Part shown: piece after piece, positions 53,046-64,000 of the stretch
Position numbering within the stretch: the first letter of the stretch is position 1
Layout of the letters: every line of letters begins with the position of its first letter
NCBI GenBank assembly: GCA_050739895.1
Contig: JBOICK010000018.1
Coordinates: 18,737 to 82,736 of the forward strand
Origin: Stenotrophobium sp.
GTDB lineage: Bacteria; Pseudomonadota; Gammaproteobacteria; Nevskiales; Nevskiaceae
Length of the DNA stretch: 64,000 bases
Reading direction: 5' to 3'
Program-made: the position numbers and the translations under genes
The notes under the pieces: model-generated
Database searches by the model: none
The model's input: the letters and a program-made list of their open reading frames with translations, nothing else
Told to the model about the DNA's origin: nothing

Positions 53046-54472
53046 CAAAGCACTTCGGAGGCGTGCGCGGCCAGGCGCGAACGCTCGCCGCGCGCCAGCG
53101 TCACGTGGCCGCCATGCGGCCAGCCCTGGAAACGGTCAACGACATAAGTGAGGCCGGAAGTGGTTTCGGACAGGTAGGGCGTGTCGATCTGCGCGAGATT
53201 ACCGAGGCAGATCATTTTGGTGCCGGGACCGCAGCGGGTGATGAGCGTGCGCATCTGTTTGGCGGTGAGGTTCTGCGCTTCGTCGAGAATCACGTAGCGG
53301 TTGAGGAAGGTGCGGCCGCGCATGAAGTTCAGTGAGCGGATCTTGATGCGCTTGGACAGCAGGTCGTTGGTGGCGGCGCGCTCCCAGTCGCCGCCCGGTG
53401 TCTGTGTCAGCACTTCGAGGTTGTCCATCAGCGCGCCCATCCACGGCGTCATTTTTTCTTCTTCGGTGCCGGGCAGGAAACCGATGTCCTCGCCCAGCGG
53501 CACGGTGACGCGGGTCATGATGATCTCGCGATAGCGGTTTTCGTCCATGGTTTGCGCCAGACCGGCAGCAAGCGTCAGCAGGGTCTTGCCGGTGCCGGCG
53601 GCGCCGAGCAGGGTGACGAAATCCACGTCTGGATCGAGCAGCAGGTTGAGCGCGAAATTCTGCTCGCGGTTCTTGGCGTGTATGCCCCAGACCGCGTTCT
53701 TGCCGTGGCGGTAGTCGTGGATTACGCGCAGGTGCGCGACATCTCTCTCGATCGACTGCACGCACAACTCCAGTCCCTGCTCGCTATCGTCGGGCATGTA
53801 GAGAAACTGGTTAACGTGCCACTTTTTTACCAGTGGGCCCTGGATGCGGTAGCAAGCGCGGCCGGTTTTGTCGTGCCAGCTTTCCATGGTGCTGCCGTGC
53901 GTGGACCAGAAGCTGGCCGGCAATTCGGTGTAGCCGTTGTAGAGCAGTTTGAGGTCGTCGAGGACCTGGTCGTTGTGATAGTCCTCGGTCTGCACGCCGA
54001 CGATGGCGGCCTTGATGCGCAGGTTGATGTCCTTGCTGACCAGGATCACAGGCCGGCCCGGATGCCTGGCCTGCATGCCCAGCGCGGTGCGCAGGATGTT
54101 GTTGTCGGCCTTGTTGCCGGGCAGCACGTCGCCGATCGCGGCGTCCAGCGTCTGTGTCTGGAAGAACAGCCGTCCGGTGGCGGCGCTGCCGTTGCCGCGC
54201 GTGGCGTGGTGCTGGATCGCCGGCAGCGGCAGGCCGTCCTCGATCTGCGCGTGATTCTTGTCGCGCATCAGTTCTTCGAGGAAGCGGCTGGCCTGGCGCG
54301 CGTTGCGCGAAACTTCGCTGGCACCCTTCTTGGCGGCATCGAGTTCTTCGAGCACGAACATCGGCAGGAACAGGTCATGTTCCTCGAAGCGGAAAATGCT
54401 GGAAGGGTCGTGCATCAGCACGTTGGTGTCGAGAACGAAAATCTTGCGTCGCGCGGCGGCTTTGGCGGTCAT
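53045..54472 (-). CDS. PIN-domain PhoH-family ATPase
   Basis: VLDTNVLMHDP (PIN), GAAGTGKT, IGFLPGTEEEKM, MRGRT and DEAQNLT motifs. Confidence 0.92.
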   Translation of the reverse strand: MTAKAAARRKIFVLDTNVLMHDPSSIFRFEEHDLFLPMFVLEELDAAKKGASEVSRNARQASRFLEELMRDKNHAQIEDGLPLPAIQHHATRGNGSAATGRLFFQTQTLDAAIGDVLPGNKADNNILRTALGMQARHPGRPVILVSKDINLRIKAAIVGVQTEDYHNDQVLDDLKLLYNGYTELPASFWSTHGSTMESWHDKTGRACYRIQGPLVKKWHVNQFLYMPDDSEQGLELCVQSIERDVAHLRVIHDYRHGKNAVWGIHAKNREQNFALNLLLDPDVDFVTLLGAAGTGKTLLTLAAGLAQTMDENRYREIIMTRVTVPLGEDIGFLPGTEEEKMTPWMGALMDNLEVLTQTPGGDWERAATNDLLSKRIKIRSLNFMRGRTFLNRYVILDEAQNLTAKQMRTLITRCGPGTKMICLGNLAQIDTPYLSETTSGLTYVVDRFQGWPHGGHVTLARGERSRLAAHASEVL

Positions 54473-54511
54473 TTTTAGTCCACCCGCTGGTGCGGGTTTT
54501 AGTGGAATTGA

Positions 54512-54559
54512 TGTTTAATTATATATAATTAAAAATATATAACATTATAAATTATAACA
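54512..54559. repeat. 48-bp TGTT-N40(AT)-AACA element, copy E
   Basis: TGTTTAATTATATATAATTAAAAATATATAACATTATAAATTATAACA. Confidence 0.85.
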
Positions 54560-54620
54560 AAATGGGTAACGCTGTAAGCAAGAGCGGGTGGCGCTTTGCG
54601 CGCCTCGCGGCGGTACAAAC

Positions 54621-54650
54621 AAAAAACCCCCAGCCGCGTGCGGCTGAGGG
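54621..54650 (-). terminator. Intrinsic terminator downstream of bcp
   Basis: CCCCCAGCCGC-gt-GCGGCTGAGGG stem with a T-tract on the minus strand. Confidence 0.65.
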
Positions 54651-54679
54651 CCTATCAAAAGCAAGCGGGCAGGCGCGCG

Positions 54680-55252
54680 TCAAAGGGCTTGGACCGCGGC
54701 CAGCACTTCAGTGGCGTGGCCCTTGACCTTGACCGCGCGCCAGCACTGGCGCAGGACGCCCTTGGCGTCGAATAGCCAGGTGCTGCGATCGATGCCGAGG
54801 TATTTGCGGCCGTACAGGCTCTTTTCCACGATCACGCCAAAGGCGTCGCAGAGCGCCTGCTCGGTATCGGCGATCAGTGGAAACGGGAAGTCGAATTTGG
54901 CGATGAAGTTTTCGTGCGAGCGCAGGCTATCGCGCGAGACGCCGACGATATCTGCGCCGGCCTTGGCGAATTTGGCATGCAGGTCGCGGAAATCCTGGCC
55001 TTCCTGGGTGCAGCCCGGCGTGTTGTCCTTGGGATAGAAATACAGCACCAGCTTGCGGCCCTTGTAGCTGCGCAGGGCGATGTCCTTGCCGCCGCTGGCG
55101 GGCGTCATTGACGAAGATTTAGAGCCGCCTGCACTGGCGCCTGGCGCGGCGGCGGGCGTTATTGAAGAAGACTTGGAGCCGCCCGCACTGGCGCTTGGCG
55201 CGGCGGCTTGCAGCGTGAGGTCGGGAATGCGGTCGCCAACAGCAAGGCTCAT
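54680..55252 (-). CDS. bcp: Peroxiredoxin Bcp with N-terminal insertion
   Basis: YFYPKDNTPGCT and GIDRSTWL motifs; downstream of gcvR as in other Proteobacteria. Confidence 0.9.
   Translation of the reverse strand: MSLAVGDRIPDLTLQAAAPSASAGGSKSSSITPAAAPGASAGGSKSSSMTPASGGKDIALRSYKGRKLVLYFYPKDNTPGCTQEGQDFRDLHAKFAKAGADIVGVSRDSLRSHENFIAKFDFPFPLIADTEQALCDAFGVIVEKSLYGRKYLGIDRSTWLFDAKGVLRQCWRAVKVKGHATEVLAAVQAL
55100..55207 (-). repeat. Two tandem 54-bp repeats, in-frame in bcp
   Basis: Encode AAAPSASAGGSKSSSITP and AAAPGASAGGSKSSSMTP. Confidence 0.85.
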
Positions 55253-55261
55253 GTAGGGCTC

Positions 55262-55801
55262 TCAGGTCTTGATGGGGTCAAGCATGCCATCGGCATTGAG
55301 ATCATCGCAAAGATCCATGAAGGATTCGCGTAGGGCCTGAGGATGCTGATTGACCGGCACATGCAGCACCATCTGCACGCTGCACATGCTGGCGCCAGTG
55401 TAGGTCGAGACGTATTTCTGCGTGGAAATCTCCGCCACTTCGACATCCTGCCCGTGAAAAAACTCGAGCAGGTGTACCAGCAGGTCCTGTTGTTGTGGCG
55501 CGATCACCTCGGCGCCATAGGGCCGGAACTCGGGAGTGGTTGGGCGTGCTTCACAGCGCTCGAAGCGAACCTGCAACTCGAGCTTTTCGGCAATGCCGGG
55601 CAGTGCGGTTTCGAGCCGACCCAGCGCGCTCCAGTTGCCGGAGACCACCATGTTCGCCGCCAGCCGGTCGCCGATCGGCGCGATGCGGCAATCCTCGACT
55701 TCACAGCCGCGTTCACGTATCGCACGGAACAACTCCAGCGGCACGCCGGGGCGCATGCGGGAGAGAGCGGAAACGGACAACAGGTTCTCGGTGTTGGTCA
55801 T
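55262..55801 (-). CDS. gcvR: Glycine cleavage system transcriptional repressor (tandem ACT domains)
   Basis: SGNWSALGRLE and LRESFMDLCDDLNADG motifs; dapA-gcvR-bcp synteny. Confidence 0.85.
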   Translation of the reverse strand: MTNTENLLSVSALSRMRPGVPLELFRAIRERGCEVEDCRIAPIGDRLAANMVVSGNWSALGRLETALPGIAEKLELQVRFERCEARPTTPEFRPYGAEVIAPQQQDLLVHLLEFFHGQDVEVAEISTQKYVSTYTGASMCSVQMVLHVPVNQHPQALRESFMDLCDDLNADGMLDPIKT

Positions 55802-55939
55802 GGGCAGGCGCAAGTGGAGGCGCGCAAAGTTTAACGCCCATTGGCGACATGGCAAGTTTTTGCGACAGCCACAGCACTGCGCGGCCTCTGGACGCAGGCT
55901 ATACTTGCGGCCTCTCAATATGAATACACAAGTCAGCGC

Positions 55940-56817
<878 letters not shown>

Positions 56818-56821
<4 letters not shown>

Positions 56822-57171
56822 AGAACATATTGATGTTGCTCGCGGCGGCGTCACTGCTGGCCGGTTGCGCCAGCGACGGTAGCGGCCATTGCGGCGGTGT
56901 GTTTGATTACCAGAAAGCCGATACGCTGGCAGCGGTCAAAGTGCCGGGCGTGAGTCCCACCGCCACGGTTTCTGCGCTTGAGGTGCCGCCCGAAACGGCG
57001 AAGATCGTGCCGTATGGCCGCCTGGTGCCCAGTGCCGACCATCCGCATGAAATGCGCATGGTCTGTCTCGACGTACCGCCTCCTATGGCGCCGATCGTCG
57101 AGCAGCAGTCAACAACACCAGTGCCCGCGCCTGTTCCGGCCCCCGCGCCGGCTGCGGTTCCACATTCCTGA
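56818..57171 (+). CDS. Small lipoprotein (BamC-like position)
   Basis: LAGC lipobox, ATGA overlap with dapA; Y-x-x-A...L-x-VP and CLDVPP motifs. Confidence 0.7.
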
Positions 57172-57249
57172 TGAATGCGTGGCTGGCTCGACTGAGCTAG
57201 AATCCGCGCCCTTCACCCGAGTCATGCAACGTGACCCGGGTGGTTATAC

Positions 57250-57341
57250 GGAGAGATGTCCGAGCGGTTTAAGGAGCACGCCTGGAAAGCGTGTATACGG
57301 TGAATGCCGTATCGCGGGTTCGAATCCCGCTCTCTCCGCCA
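57250..57341 (+). tRNA. tRNA-Ser (GGA)
   Basis: GGAGAGA acceptor stem, CACGC-ctGGAaa-GCGTG anticodon arm, long variable arm, GGTTCGAATCC, terminal CCA. Confidence 0.96.
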
Positions 57342-57518
57342 TATTTAAACCATTGATTTAGAATAATATTTATCAGTTAACCTTCGCAAAAAACTCCCGC
57401 AACTACGGGGCGTTGGCGGAGGGTTTTTATGGACCCGAACTACAGCGTCTCTGTTGCGCGCCTCAGCGCAGCCCACAGGCGCCAGTGTCTCTGAGCGCCA
57501 GTTTTCCACTACGGGTTT

Positions 57519-57760
57519 AACGCCTACATCGAATCGCTCAATGGCAAGCTACGCGATGAATGTCTCAACGAGCATTGGTTCCCCAGCCTTCGTCACACTC
57601 AGGTCGTGATCGAAACCTGGAGGGCGAATAAACGAAGAAAGGCTCAAGCCTGCTCTCGGCGGGCTGACGCCCGCAGCCTATGCAAGACAACTGGCCGGCA
57701 AGACAGCTACATTAACGCCCTGACTCTAATCCTTGTGCCACTCAACAAGGGGGAACGTCA
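57519..57760 (+). mobile_element. Degenerate IS3-family (IS407-like) transposase 3' fragment with right end
   Basis: Translates NAYIESLNGKLRDECLNEHWF...IETWR, then frameshifted LGGLTPAAYARQL; ends ...GGGGGAACGTCA. Confidence 0.8.
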
Positions 57761-57786
57761 CGCCAACAACCAATAGGACATCGATT

Positions 57787-60033
57787 ATGAGCAAGCATAA
57801 CGCGGCAATCATCTACACATTGACCGATGAGGCACCGCTGCTCGCAACCTGTGCTTTTCTGCCGATCATGCATGCCTTTACTGCGCCGGCCGGCATCAAG
57901 GTCACCACCAGTGACATCTCGCTGGCGGCGCGCATCCTAGGTGAGTTTCCAGAATTTCTGACCGCAACGCAGCGCGTGCCCGATAACCTGGCTGAACTGG
58001 GCCGACTGACGCTGCTGCCCGACACCAACATCATCAAACTGCCCAACATCAGCGCCTCGATGCCGCAGTTGCTCAACGCCATTAAGGAGTTGCAAGGCAA
58101 AGGTTACAAGATACCCGATTACCCGGAAGATTCGAAAACCGACGAAGAAAATTCCATCCGCAAGCGCTATTCGAAGTGCTTGGGCAGTTCTGTGAACCCG
58201 GTGCTGCGTGAAGGAAACTCTGATCGCCGCGCGCCAAAAGCGGTGAAGGAATACGCCCGCAAGAATCCGCACAGCATGGCCAAGTGGAGCATGGCCTCGC
58301 GCACGCATGCCGCGCACATGCGCGACGGTGATTTCTATCACGACGAGGCTTCGATGACGCTGGACCGCGCGCGCAACGTGCGCATGGAACTGGTGACGAA
58401 AAGCGGCAAGACGCTCGTACTGAAGCCCGAGGTGAAGCTGCTCCAAGGCGAGATCATCGACAGCATGTTCATGAGCAAGAAGGCGCTGTGCGCTTTCTAC
58501 GAAGAGCAGATGGAGGACGCCCGCCAGTCCGGCCTGCTGTTCTCGCTGCACGTGAAGGCAACGATGATGAAGGTCTCCCATCCCATCGTCTTCGGCCACT
58601 GCGTGAAGATCTTCTACAAGGAGGCCTTCGCCAAGCACGCCAAGCTGTTCGAGGAGTTGGGCATCAACGTCAACAACGGCATGGTCGATCTTTACAACAA
58701 GATCGAAAAGCTTCCGTCGGCCGAGAAAGACCAGGTGATCCGCGACCTGCACGCCTGTCACGAGCACCGCCCTTCGCTGGCGATGGTTGACTCGGCCAAG
58801 GGCATCACCAACTTCCATTCGCCGAGTGATGTCATTGTCGACGCCTCGATGCCAGCGATGATCCGCGCAGGTGGCAAGATGTACGGCGCCGATGGCCGCC
58901 AGTACGACTGCAAGGCAGTGATGCCCGAGAGCACCTTCTCGCGTATCTACCAGGAGATGATTAACTTCTGCAAAACCAACGGCGCCTTCGATCCCAAGAC
59001 GATGGGTTCGGTGCCGAACGTCGGCTTGATGGCCCAGCAGGCGGAGGAATACGGCTCGCACGACAAGACCTTCGAGATTCCCGAGGATGGCGTAGCTAAC
59101 ATCGTCGACCTTGCCACCGGTGAGGTGCTGCTGACACAGAACGTGGAAACCGGCGATATCTGGCGCATGTGCCAGGTCAAGGACGCGCCGATCCGCGACT
59201 GGGTCAAGCTCGCCGTCACCCGCGCACGCAACTCAAACACGCCAGCCGTGTTCTGGCTCGATGCGTATCGGCCACACGAGCATGAGGTGATGAAGAAGGT
59301 GGTGAAGTACGTGCAGGAGCACGACATCAAAGGGTTGAAGATCGAGATCATGTCGCAGGTCCGCGCCATGCGTTACACGCTGGAGCGCATCGTGCGTGGA
59401 CAGGACACGATCTCGGTTACCGGTAACATCCTGCGCGATTATCTCACCGACCTGTTTCCCATCATGGAGCTGGGCACCAGCGCCAAGATGCTCTCCATCG
59501 TGCCGCTGATGGCTGGTGGCGGCATGTATGAAACGGGGGCGGGCGGCTCAGCGCCCAAGCACGTGAAGCAACTGGTGGAAGAAAACCACCTGCGCTGGGA
59601 TTCTCTGGGAGAATTCCTGGCGCTGGCCGTGAGCCTGGAAGACTTGGGTATCAAGACCGGTAACCCGCAGGCCAAGATCCTGGCCAAGACCTTGGATGCT
59701 GCGACTGGCAGGCTGCTGGACAACAACAAAAATCCGTCCCCTAAGACCGGCCAGCTGGATAATCGCGGCAGCCAGTTCTACCTCGCCATGTACTGGGCGC
59801 AAGAGCTCGCTGCGCAGACGGAAGACCTGGCCCTGCAGAAGCGATTCACGCCGCTGGCCAAGGCGCTGACCGAGAACGAACAGACCATCATCAGGGAACT
59901 CGCCGAGGTGCAGGGTAAACCCGCCGACATCGGCGGCTACTACGCGGCGGATATCAACAAGATGGAAGCGGTGATGCGGCCGAGCAAGACATTCAACGCG
60001 GTTTTGGCAGCCATGACGATCGGGCAGGGCTAA
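57787..60033 (+). CDS. icd: Monomeric NADP-dependent isocitrate dehydrogenase
   Basis: [43 protein letters not shown] and [10 protein letters not shown] motifs. Confidence 0.96.
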   Translation: MSKHNAAIIYTLTDEAPLLATCAFLPIMHAFTAPAGIKVTTSDISLAARILGEFPEFLTATQRVPDNLAELGRLTLLPDTNIIKLPNISASMPQLLNAIKELQGKGYKIPDYPEDSKTDEENSIRKRYSKCLGSSVNPVLREGNSDRRAPKAVKEYARKNPHSMAKWSMASRTHAAHMRDGDFYHDEASMTLDRARNVRMELVTKSGKTLVLKPEVKLLQGEIIDSMFMSKKALCAFYEEQMEDARQSGLLFSLHVKATMMKVSHPIVFGHCVKIFYKEAFAKHAKLFEELGINVNNGMVDLYNKIEKLPSAEKDQVIRDLHACHEHRPSLAMVDSAKGITNFHSPSDVIVDASMPAMIRAGGKMYGADGRQYDCKAVMPESTFSRIYQEMINFCKTNGAFDPKTMGSVPNVGLMAQQAEEYGSHDKTFEIPEDGVANIVDLATGEVLLTQNVETGDIWRMCQVKDAPIRDWVKLAVTRARNSNTPAVFWLDAYRPHEHEVMKKVVKYVQEHDIKGLKIEIMSQVRAMRYTLERIVRGQDTISVTGNILRDYLTDLFPIMELGTSAKMLSIVPLMAGGGMYETGAGGSAPKHVKQLVEENHLRWDSLGEFLALAVSLEDLGIKTGNPQAKILAKTLDAATGRLLDNNKNPSPKTGQLDNRGSQFYLAMYWAQELAAQTEDLALQKRFTPLAKALTENEQTIIRELAEVQGKPADIGGYYAADINKMEAVMRPSKTFNAVLAAMTIGQG

Positions 60034-60082
60034 CGACCCCTTCGGCGGGCCTCAAGGGAAATAGGCGCTAACGTGATTTGCT

Positions 60083-63000
60083 TCAGTCAGTTTCGAACAC
60101 AAGCAGAAGGTCCCCGGCGCTGACGGTCAGGCCGGCATGTGCCAGGATGTCCTTGACGATACCTGAGCGCGGCGCGGCGATCACCGTTTCCATCTTCATC
60201 GCTTCCAGCGCAAGCAAGGGTTCGCCCTTGACGACGTGGCTGCCCTTTTGCACCGAGATGCGTACGATCATGCCCGGCATGGGTGCGCCGATATGTGCCG
60301 CATTGCCCGCTTCTGCCTTGAGGCGTCCTGCTGCGGCAGCGCTGGCATCCGCCAGCGGGATGCGCACCATGCGCGGCTGGCCGTTGAGTTCGTAGAACAG
60401 CTTGGCAACGCCTTCTTCCGGCACATCGCTGCTGCCCTGCAGGCGGATCACCAGCGTCTTGCCACGTTCGATATCAACGCTGATTTCCTCGCGCTCGCGC
60501 AGGCCGTAGAAGAAGGTTGAAGTCGGTAGTGTGCTGACATCGCCATAAGTCTTGCGATGTTCGACGAAATCCCTGAACACTTTTGGATACATCAGGTGCG
60601 AGGCGAGTGCAGTGTCGGAGAGCTTCTCGTCCAGTGCTTGTTCTGCTTCTCTGCGGGTTTTTTCGATGTCGACCGGCGGCAGGGTTGCGCCGGGGCGGCC
60701 CACCAGTGGCGCCTTGCCCTTGAGGACTTTTTTTTGCAGTGCCTCGGGAAATCCGTCAGGCGGGAAACCCAGTTCGCCGCGCATCAGCGACACCACCGAT
60801 TCGGGGAAGTCGATGGCAGTGCTGGGGTCTTGCACCTGTTCAGCGGTCAGGTTGTTGCCGACCATGAACAGCGCCAGGTCGCCGACGACTTTCGAGGTGG
60901 GCGTGACCTTGACGATATCGCCGAACAACTGATTGACGTCCGCGTACGCTTTAGAGACTTCCGGCCAGCGTTGCTCCAGCCCCAGGCCCCGCGCCTGCTC
61001 GCGCAGGTTGGTGTACTGGCCGCCAGGCATTTCGTGACGATAGACGTCGGCGGTGCCGGAGCGGATATCGGCCTCGAACGGCGCGTAGTAACGACGCACG
61101 CCTTCCCAGTAGTTCGACAGCTGCTGCAACGCATCGAGATCGACTTCCGGATCGCGCTCGCCGCCGGCAAGGCTGGCGGCAATCGAGCCGAGGTTGGGTT
61201 GTGCCGTGAGTCCCGACATGCTGTCGAGCGCGCCGTCCACCGCATCGCAGCCCGCTTCCACGGCTGCCAGTACGCTGGCGGCGCTGATGCCGCTGGTGTC
61301 GTGGGTGTGAAAATGGATTGGCAAACCGATTTCCTGCTTGAGCACGCGCACCAGTTCTCGTGCTGCACGCGGGCGGCAAATGCCAGCCATATCCTTGATG
61401 CCGAGAATATGTGCGCCGGACTTTTCCAGCGCCTTGGCCATTTTCACGTAGTACTGCAGGTTGTATTTCGGGCGCGACGTGTCGAACAGATCACCGGTGT
61501 AACAGATCGCTGACTCGCATACCGCACCCGATTCAATCACGGCATCCATTGCCACGTGCATGTTGTCGACGCTGTTGAGCGAATCGAACACGCGGAAAAT
61601 GTCGATGCCGTTCTTCGCCGCCTGTTGCACAAAGTAACGCACGACGTTGTCGGGGTAGTTGGTGTAGCCGACCGCGTTGGCCGAACGCAGCAGCATCTGC
61701 AATGGAATATTCGGAATCGCTGTACGCAGCGTTGCCAGTCTTTCCCATGGGTCTTCCTTGAGAAAACGCAGAGCTACGTCGAAGGTGGCGCCACCCCAGC
61801 ATTCCAGCGAGAACAACTGTGGCGCGAGGCGTGCGTAATACGGCGCTATCGTTGCCATGTCCGCAGTACGCATCCGCGTTGCAAACAGTGACTGGTGCGC
61901 GTCGCGCATAGTGGTATCGGAGAGCAGAACCCTCTTTTCGGCTTTTAGCCACTGCGCAAAGCCGGTGGCGCCGCGTTCTTTCAATTCATCGCGCAGTCCG
62001 CGCGGCGGTGGCTGCGCCAGTGCCGCGCTGGGCAAGGCTGGTACGGGAAAAGCCAGGTCCGGAACTTTCCGCCCCTTCATTTCCGGGTTGCCGTTGACGA
62101 TCACCTTGCCGATGTAGCGCAGTAGCTTGGTGGCACGATCACGGCGAGGCGTGAACTGGAACAGTTCGGGCGTGGTGTCGATGAAGCGTGTCGTGCAACT
62201 GCCGGAGCGGAACTCCGGGTGACTGATTACATTTTCCAGAAATTGCAGATTGGTCGAGACCCCGCGAATACGGAACTCGCGCAGAGCACGATCCATGCGA
62301 TGGGTGGCTTCGTCGGCAGTCGGCGCCCACGCCGTGAGCTTGACCAGCATCGAGTCGTAGTAAGGCGTGACCACCGCACCGCCATAGGCAGTGCCGCCAT
62401 CCAACCGTATGCCGAAGCCGGCCGGGCTGCGGTACGCCGTGAGCCGGCCATGATCGGGGGTGAATCCATTCTCCGGGTCTTCGGTGGTGACGCGACACTG
62501 CAGTGCGTGGCCGTCTAGCCGCACCTGATCCTGCGTCGGCAGACCTGCTTCTCCCAGACGCAGCCCCTCGGTGACACGAATCTGTGCCTTGACGATATCA
62601 ACGCCAGTGATTTCCTCCGTAACCGTATGTTCGACCTGGATACGCGGGTTGACCTCGATGAAATAAAACTCTCCGGTATCGGCATCCATCAGGAATTCGA
62701 CGGTGCCGGCGTGGGAGTAATTGACCTGCTTGCACAGGCGCAGTGCCGAGTCGCACAACAGCTGGCGCTGTGCCTGCTGCAGATACGGCGCAGGCGCGCG
62801 TTCCACGACTTTCTGATTGCGGCGCTGTACCGAACAATCACGCTCGAACAGATGAATCAGGTTGCCGTGGCTGTCACCGAGGATCTGGACTTCGACATGA
62901 CGCGCGCGGCGCACCAGCTTTTCGACATAAACCTCGTCGTTGCCAAAGGCCGACTTGGCTTCGCGCCGCGCCGATTCCATCTGAGAACCGAGTTCGGCCT

Positions 63001-63532
63001 CGGACTCGATTACGCGCATGCCGCGACCGCCGCCACCCCAGCTGGCTTTCATCATTACCGGATAGCCGACCTTGGCAACGAGCAGTTTGCAGGCCTTCAG
63101 TTCCTGCGGCAATGCGACGGAGGCTGGAAGTACCGCTACTTTTGCCGCGATAGCGGCCTGTCTTGCCGCGACTTTGTCGCCGAGTGTTCGTAGTACGTCT
63201 GGTGTCGGCCCTATAAAACAAACGTGGGCTTCCGCGCAGGCAGCGGAGAACTCCGGATTTTCCGACAGAAAACCATAGCCTGGATGGATGGCGTCAGCCC
63301 CGGCCTCCTTGGCGACACGGATGATGTCAGCAATATCAAGATACGCCGCGATGGGCTTTTGGCCGTTGCCGACCTTATAGCTCTCATCCGCCTTGAAACG
63401 GTGCAGCGCGAAGCGATCTTCATAGGCATAAATTGAAACCGTGCGAATGCCCATCTCCGCAGCGGCACGCATGACGCGAATGGAGATCTCGCCGCGATTG
63501 GCGACCAGTATCTTTTTAATTTTCGACGTCAT
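60083..63532 (-). CDS. pyc: Pyruvate carboxylase
   Basis: ANRGEI, ERDCSVQRR, RDAHQSL, WGGATFD, HEMPGGQYTNL and biotin-site EAMKME motifs. Confidence 0.96.
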   Translation of the reverse strand: MTSKIKKILVANRGEISIRVMRAAAEMGIRTVSIYAYEDRFALHRFKADESYKVGNGQKPIAAYLDIADIIRVAKEAGADAIHPGYGFLSENPEFSAACAEAHVCFIGPTPDVLRTLGDKVAARQAAIAAKVAVLPASVALPQELKACKLLVAKVGYPVMMKASWGGGGRGMRVIESEAELGSQMESARREAKSAFGNDEVYVEKLVRRARHVEVQILGDSHGNLIHLFERDCSVQRRNQKVVERAPAPYLQQAQRQLLCDSALRLCKQVNYSHAGTVEFLMDADTGEFYFIEVNPRIQVEHTVTEEITGVDIVKAQIRVTEGLRLGEAGLPTQDQVRLDGHALQCRVTTEDPENGFTPDHGRLTAYRSPAGFGIRLDGGTAYGGAVVTPYYDSMLVKLTAWAPTADEATHRMDRALREFRIRGVSTNLQFLENVISHPEFRSGSCTTRFIDTTPELFQFTPRRDRATKLLRYIGKVIVNGNPEMKGRKVPDLAFPVPALPSAALAQPPPRGLRDELKERGATGFAQWLKAEKRVLLSDTTMRDAHQSLFATRMRTADMATIAPYYARLAPQLFSLECWGGATFDVALRFLKEDPWERLATLRTAIPNIPLQMLLRSANAVGYTNYPDNVVRYFVQQAAKNGIDIFRVFDSLNSVDNMHVAMDAVIESGAVCESAICYTGDLFDTSRPKYNLQYYVKMAKALEKSGAHILGIKDMAGICRPRAARELVRVLKQEIGLPIHFHTHDTSGISAASVLAAVEAGCDAVDGALDSMSGLTAQPNLGSIAASLAGGERDPEVDLDALQQLSNYWEGVRRYYAPFEADIRSGTADVYRHEMPGGQYTNLREQARGLGLEQRWPEVSKAYADVNQLFGDIVKVTPTSKVVGDLALFMVGNNLTAEQVQDPSTAIDFPESVVSLMRGELGFPPDGFPEALQKKVLKGKAPLVGRPGATLPPVDIEKTRREAEQALDEKLSDTALASHLMYPKVFRDFVEHRKTYGDVSTLPTSTFFYGLREREEISVDIERGKTLVIRLQGSSDVPEEGVAKLFYELNGQPRMVRIPLADASAAAAGRLKAEAGNAAHIGAPMPGMIVRISVQKGSHVVKGEPLLALEAMKMETVIAAPRSGIVKDILAHAGLTVSAGDLLLVFETD

Positions 63533-63569
63533 GCATGGCTCTGCTGTGCTCAATAGCCAGACCTGGCTG

Positions 63570-64000
63570 TTATCCTCTCTGCTCAACCGGCACGAACTTA
63601 AGATCCTCCGGTCCGGTGTAATTGGCGGAAGGGCGGATGATCTTCTTGTCGATGCGCTGCTCGATGACATGCGCCGACCAGCCGGAAGTCCGTGCAATCA
63701 CAAACAGCGGTGTAAACATCGCCGTGGGTACGCCCATCATGTGATACGACACCGCGCTGAACCAGTCGAGGTTCGGGAACATCTTCTTCTCGCGCCACAT
63801 CACCGACTCCAGGCGTTCGGCGATATCGAACATCTTGCTGCTGTTCTGTTCCTCGGAAAGCCGGCGTGCGACCTCCTTGATCACCTTGTTGCGCGGATCA
63901 GAGATGGTATAGACCGGATGTCCGAAGCCAATCACGACCTCCTTGTTGGCCACGCGCTGGACTATGTCCGCCTCGGCTTCGTCCGGTGAGTCGTAGCGCT
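63570..64000 (-). CDS. prpC: 2-methylcitrate synthase (5' truncated by the window edge)
   Basis: [23 protein letters not shown] and [12 protein letters not shown] motifs. Confidence 0.85.
   Translation of the reverse strand, partial: RYDSPDEAEADIVQRVANKEVVIGFGHPVYTISDPRNKVIKEVARRLSEEQNSSKMFDIAERLESVMWREKKMFPNLDWFSAVSYHMMGVPTAMFTPLFVIARTSGWSAHVIEQRIDKKIIRPSANYTGPEDLKFVPVEQRG

Noticed and set aside
57341..57380. AT-rich stretch after the tRNA as a sixth 48-bp element
   Set aside because: Lacks TGTT/AACA termini at 48-bp spacing and contains more G/C.

Overview
GC-rich gammaproteobacterial chromosome segment; gene content and order suggest a Nevskiales/Xanthomonadales-like organism (inference). 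Left to right: a probable lipid-handling cluster (DUF1302 outer-membrane protein, two paralogous beta-rich proteins, Abi-alpha-like, DUF445, LolA-like, cNMP-patatin); BaiN flavoprotein, CocE hydrolase, MAPEG protein and acyl-CoA dehydrogenase; aguAB; an E1a/E1b/E2 2-oxoacid dehydrogenase operon; lolC/E-lolD-comEC; two back-to-back MoxR/DUF58 systems (tgpA-type and bat-type); valS-holC-pepA; fimX-like-epmB-efp-epmA; phoH-bcp-gcvR-dapA; tRNA-Ser(GGA) followed by an IS3 remnant, icd, pyc and partial prpC. The strongest unexplained signal is a dispersed family of five intergenic elements, each exactly 48 bp, of the form TGTT-(40 nt almost pure A/T)-AACA, starting at 17479, 24279, 28962, 47097 and 54512. 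Also notable are in-frame repeat or palindrome insertions in comEC, bcp and E2, and a Walker-B D->N change in lolD. Product calls come from motif recognition only; no database searches were run.
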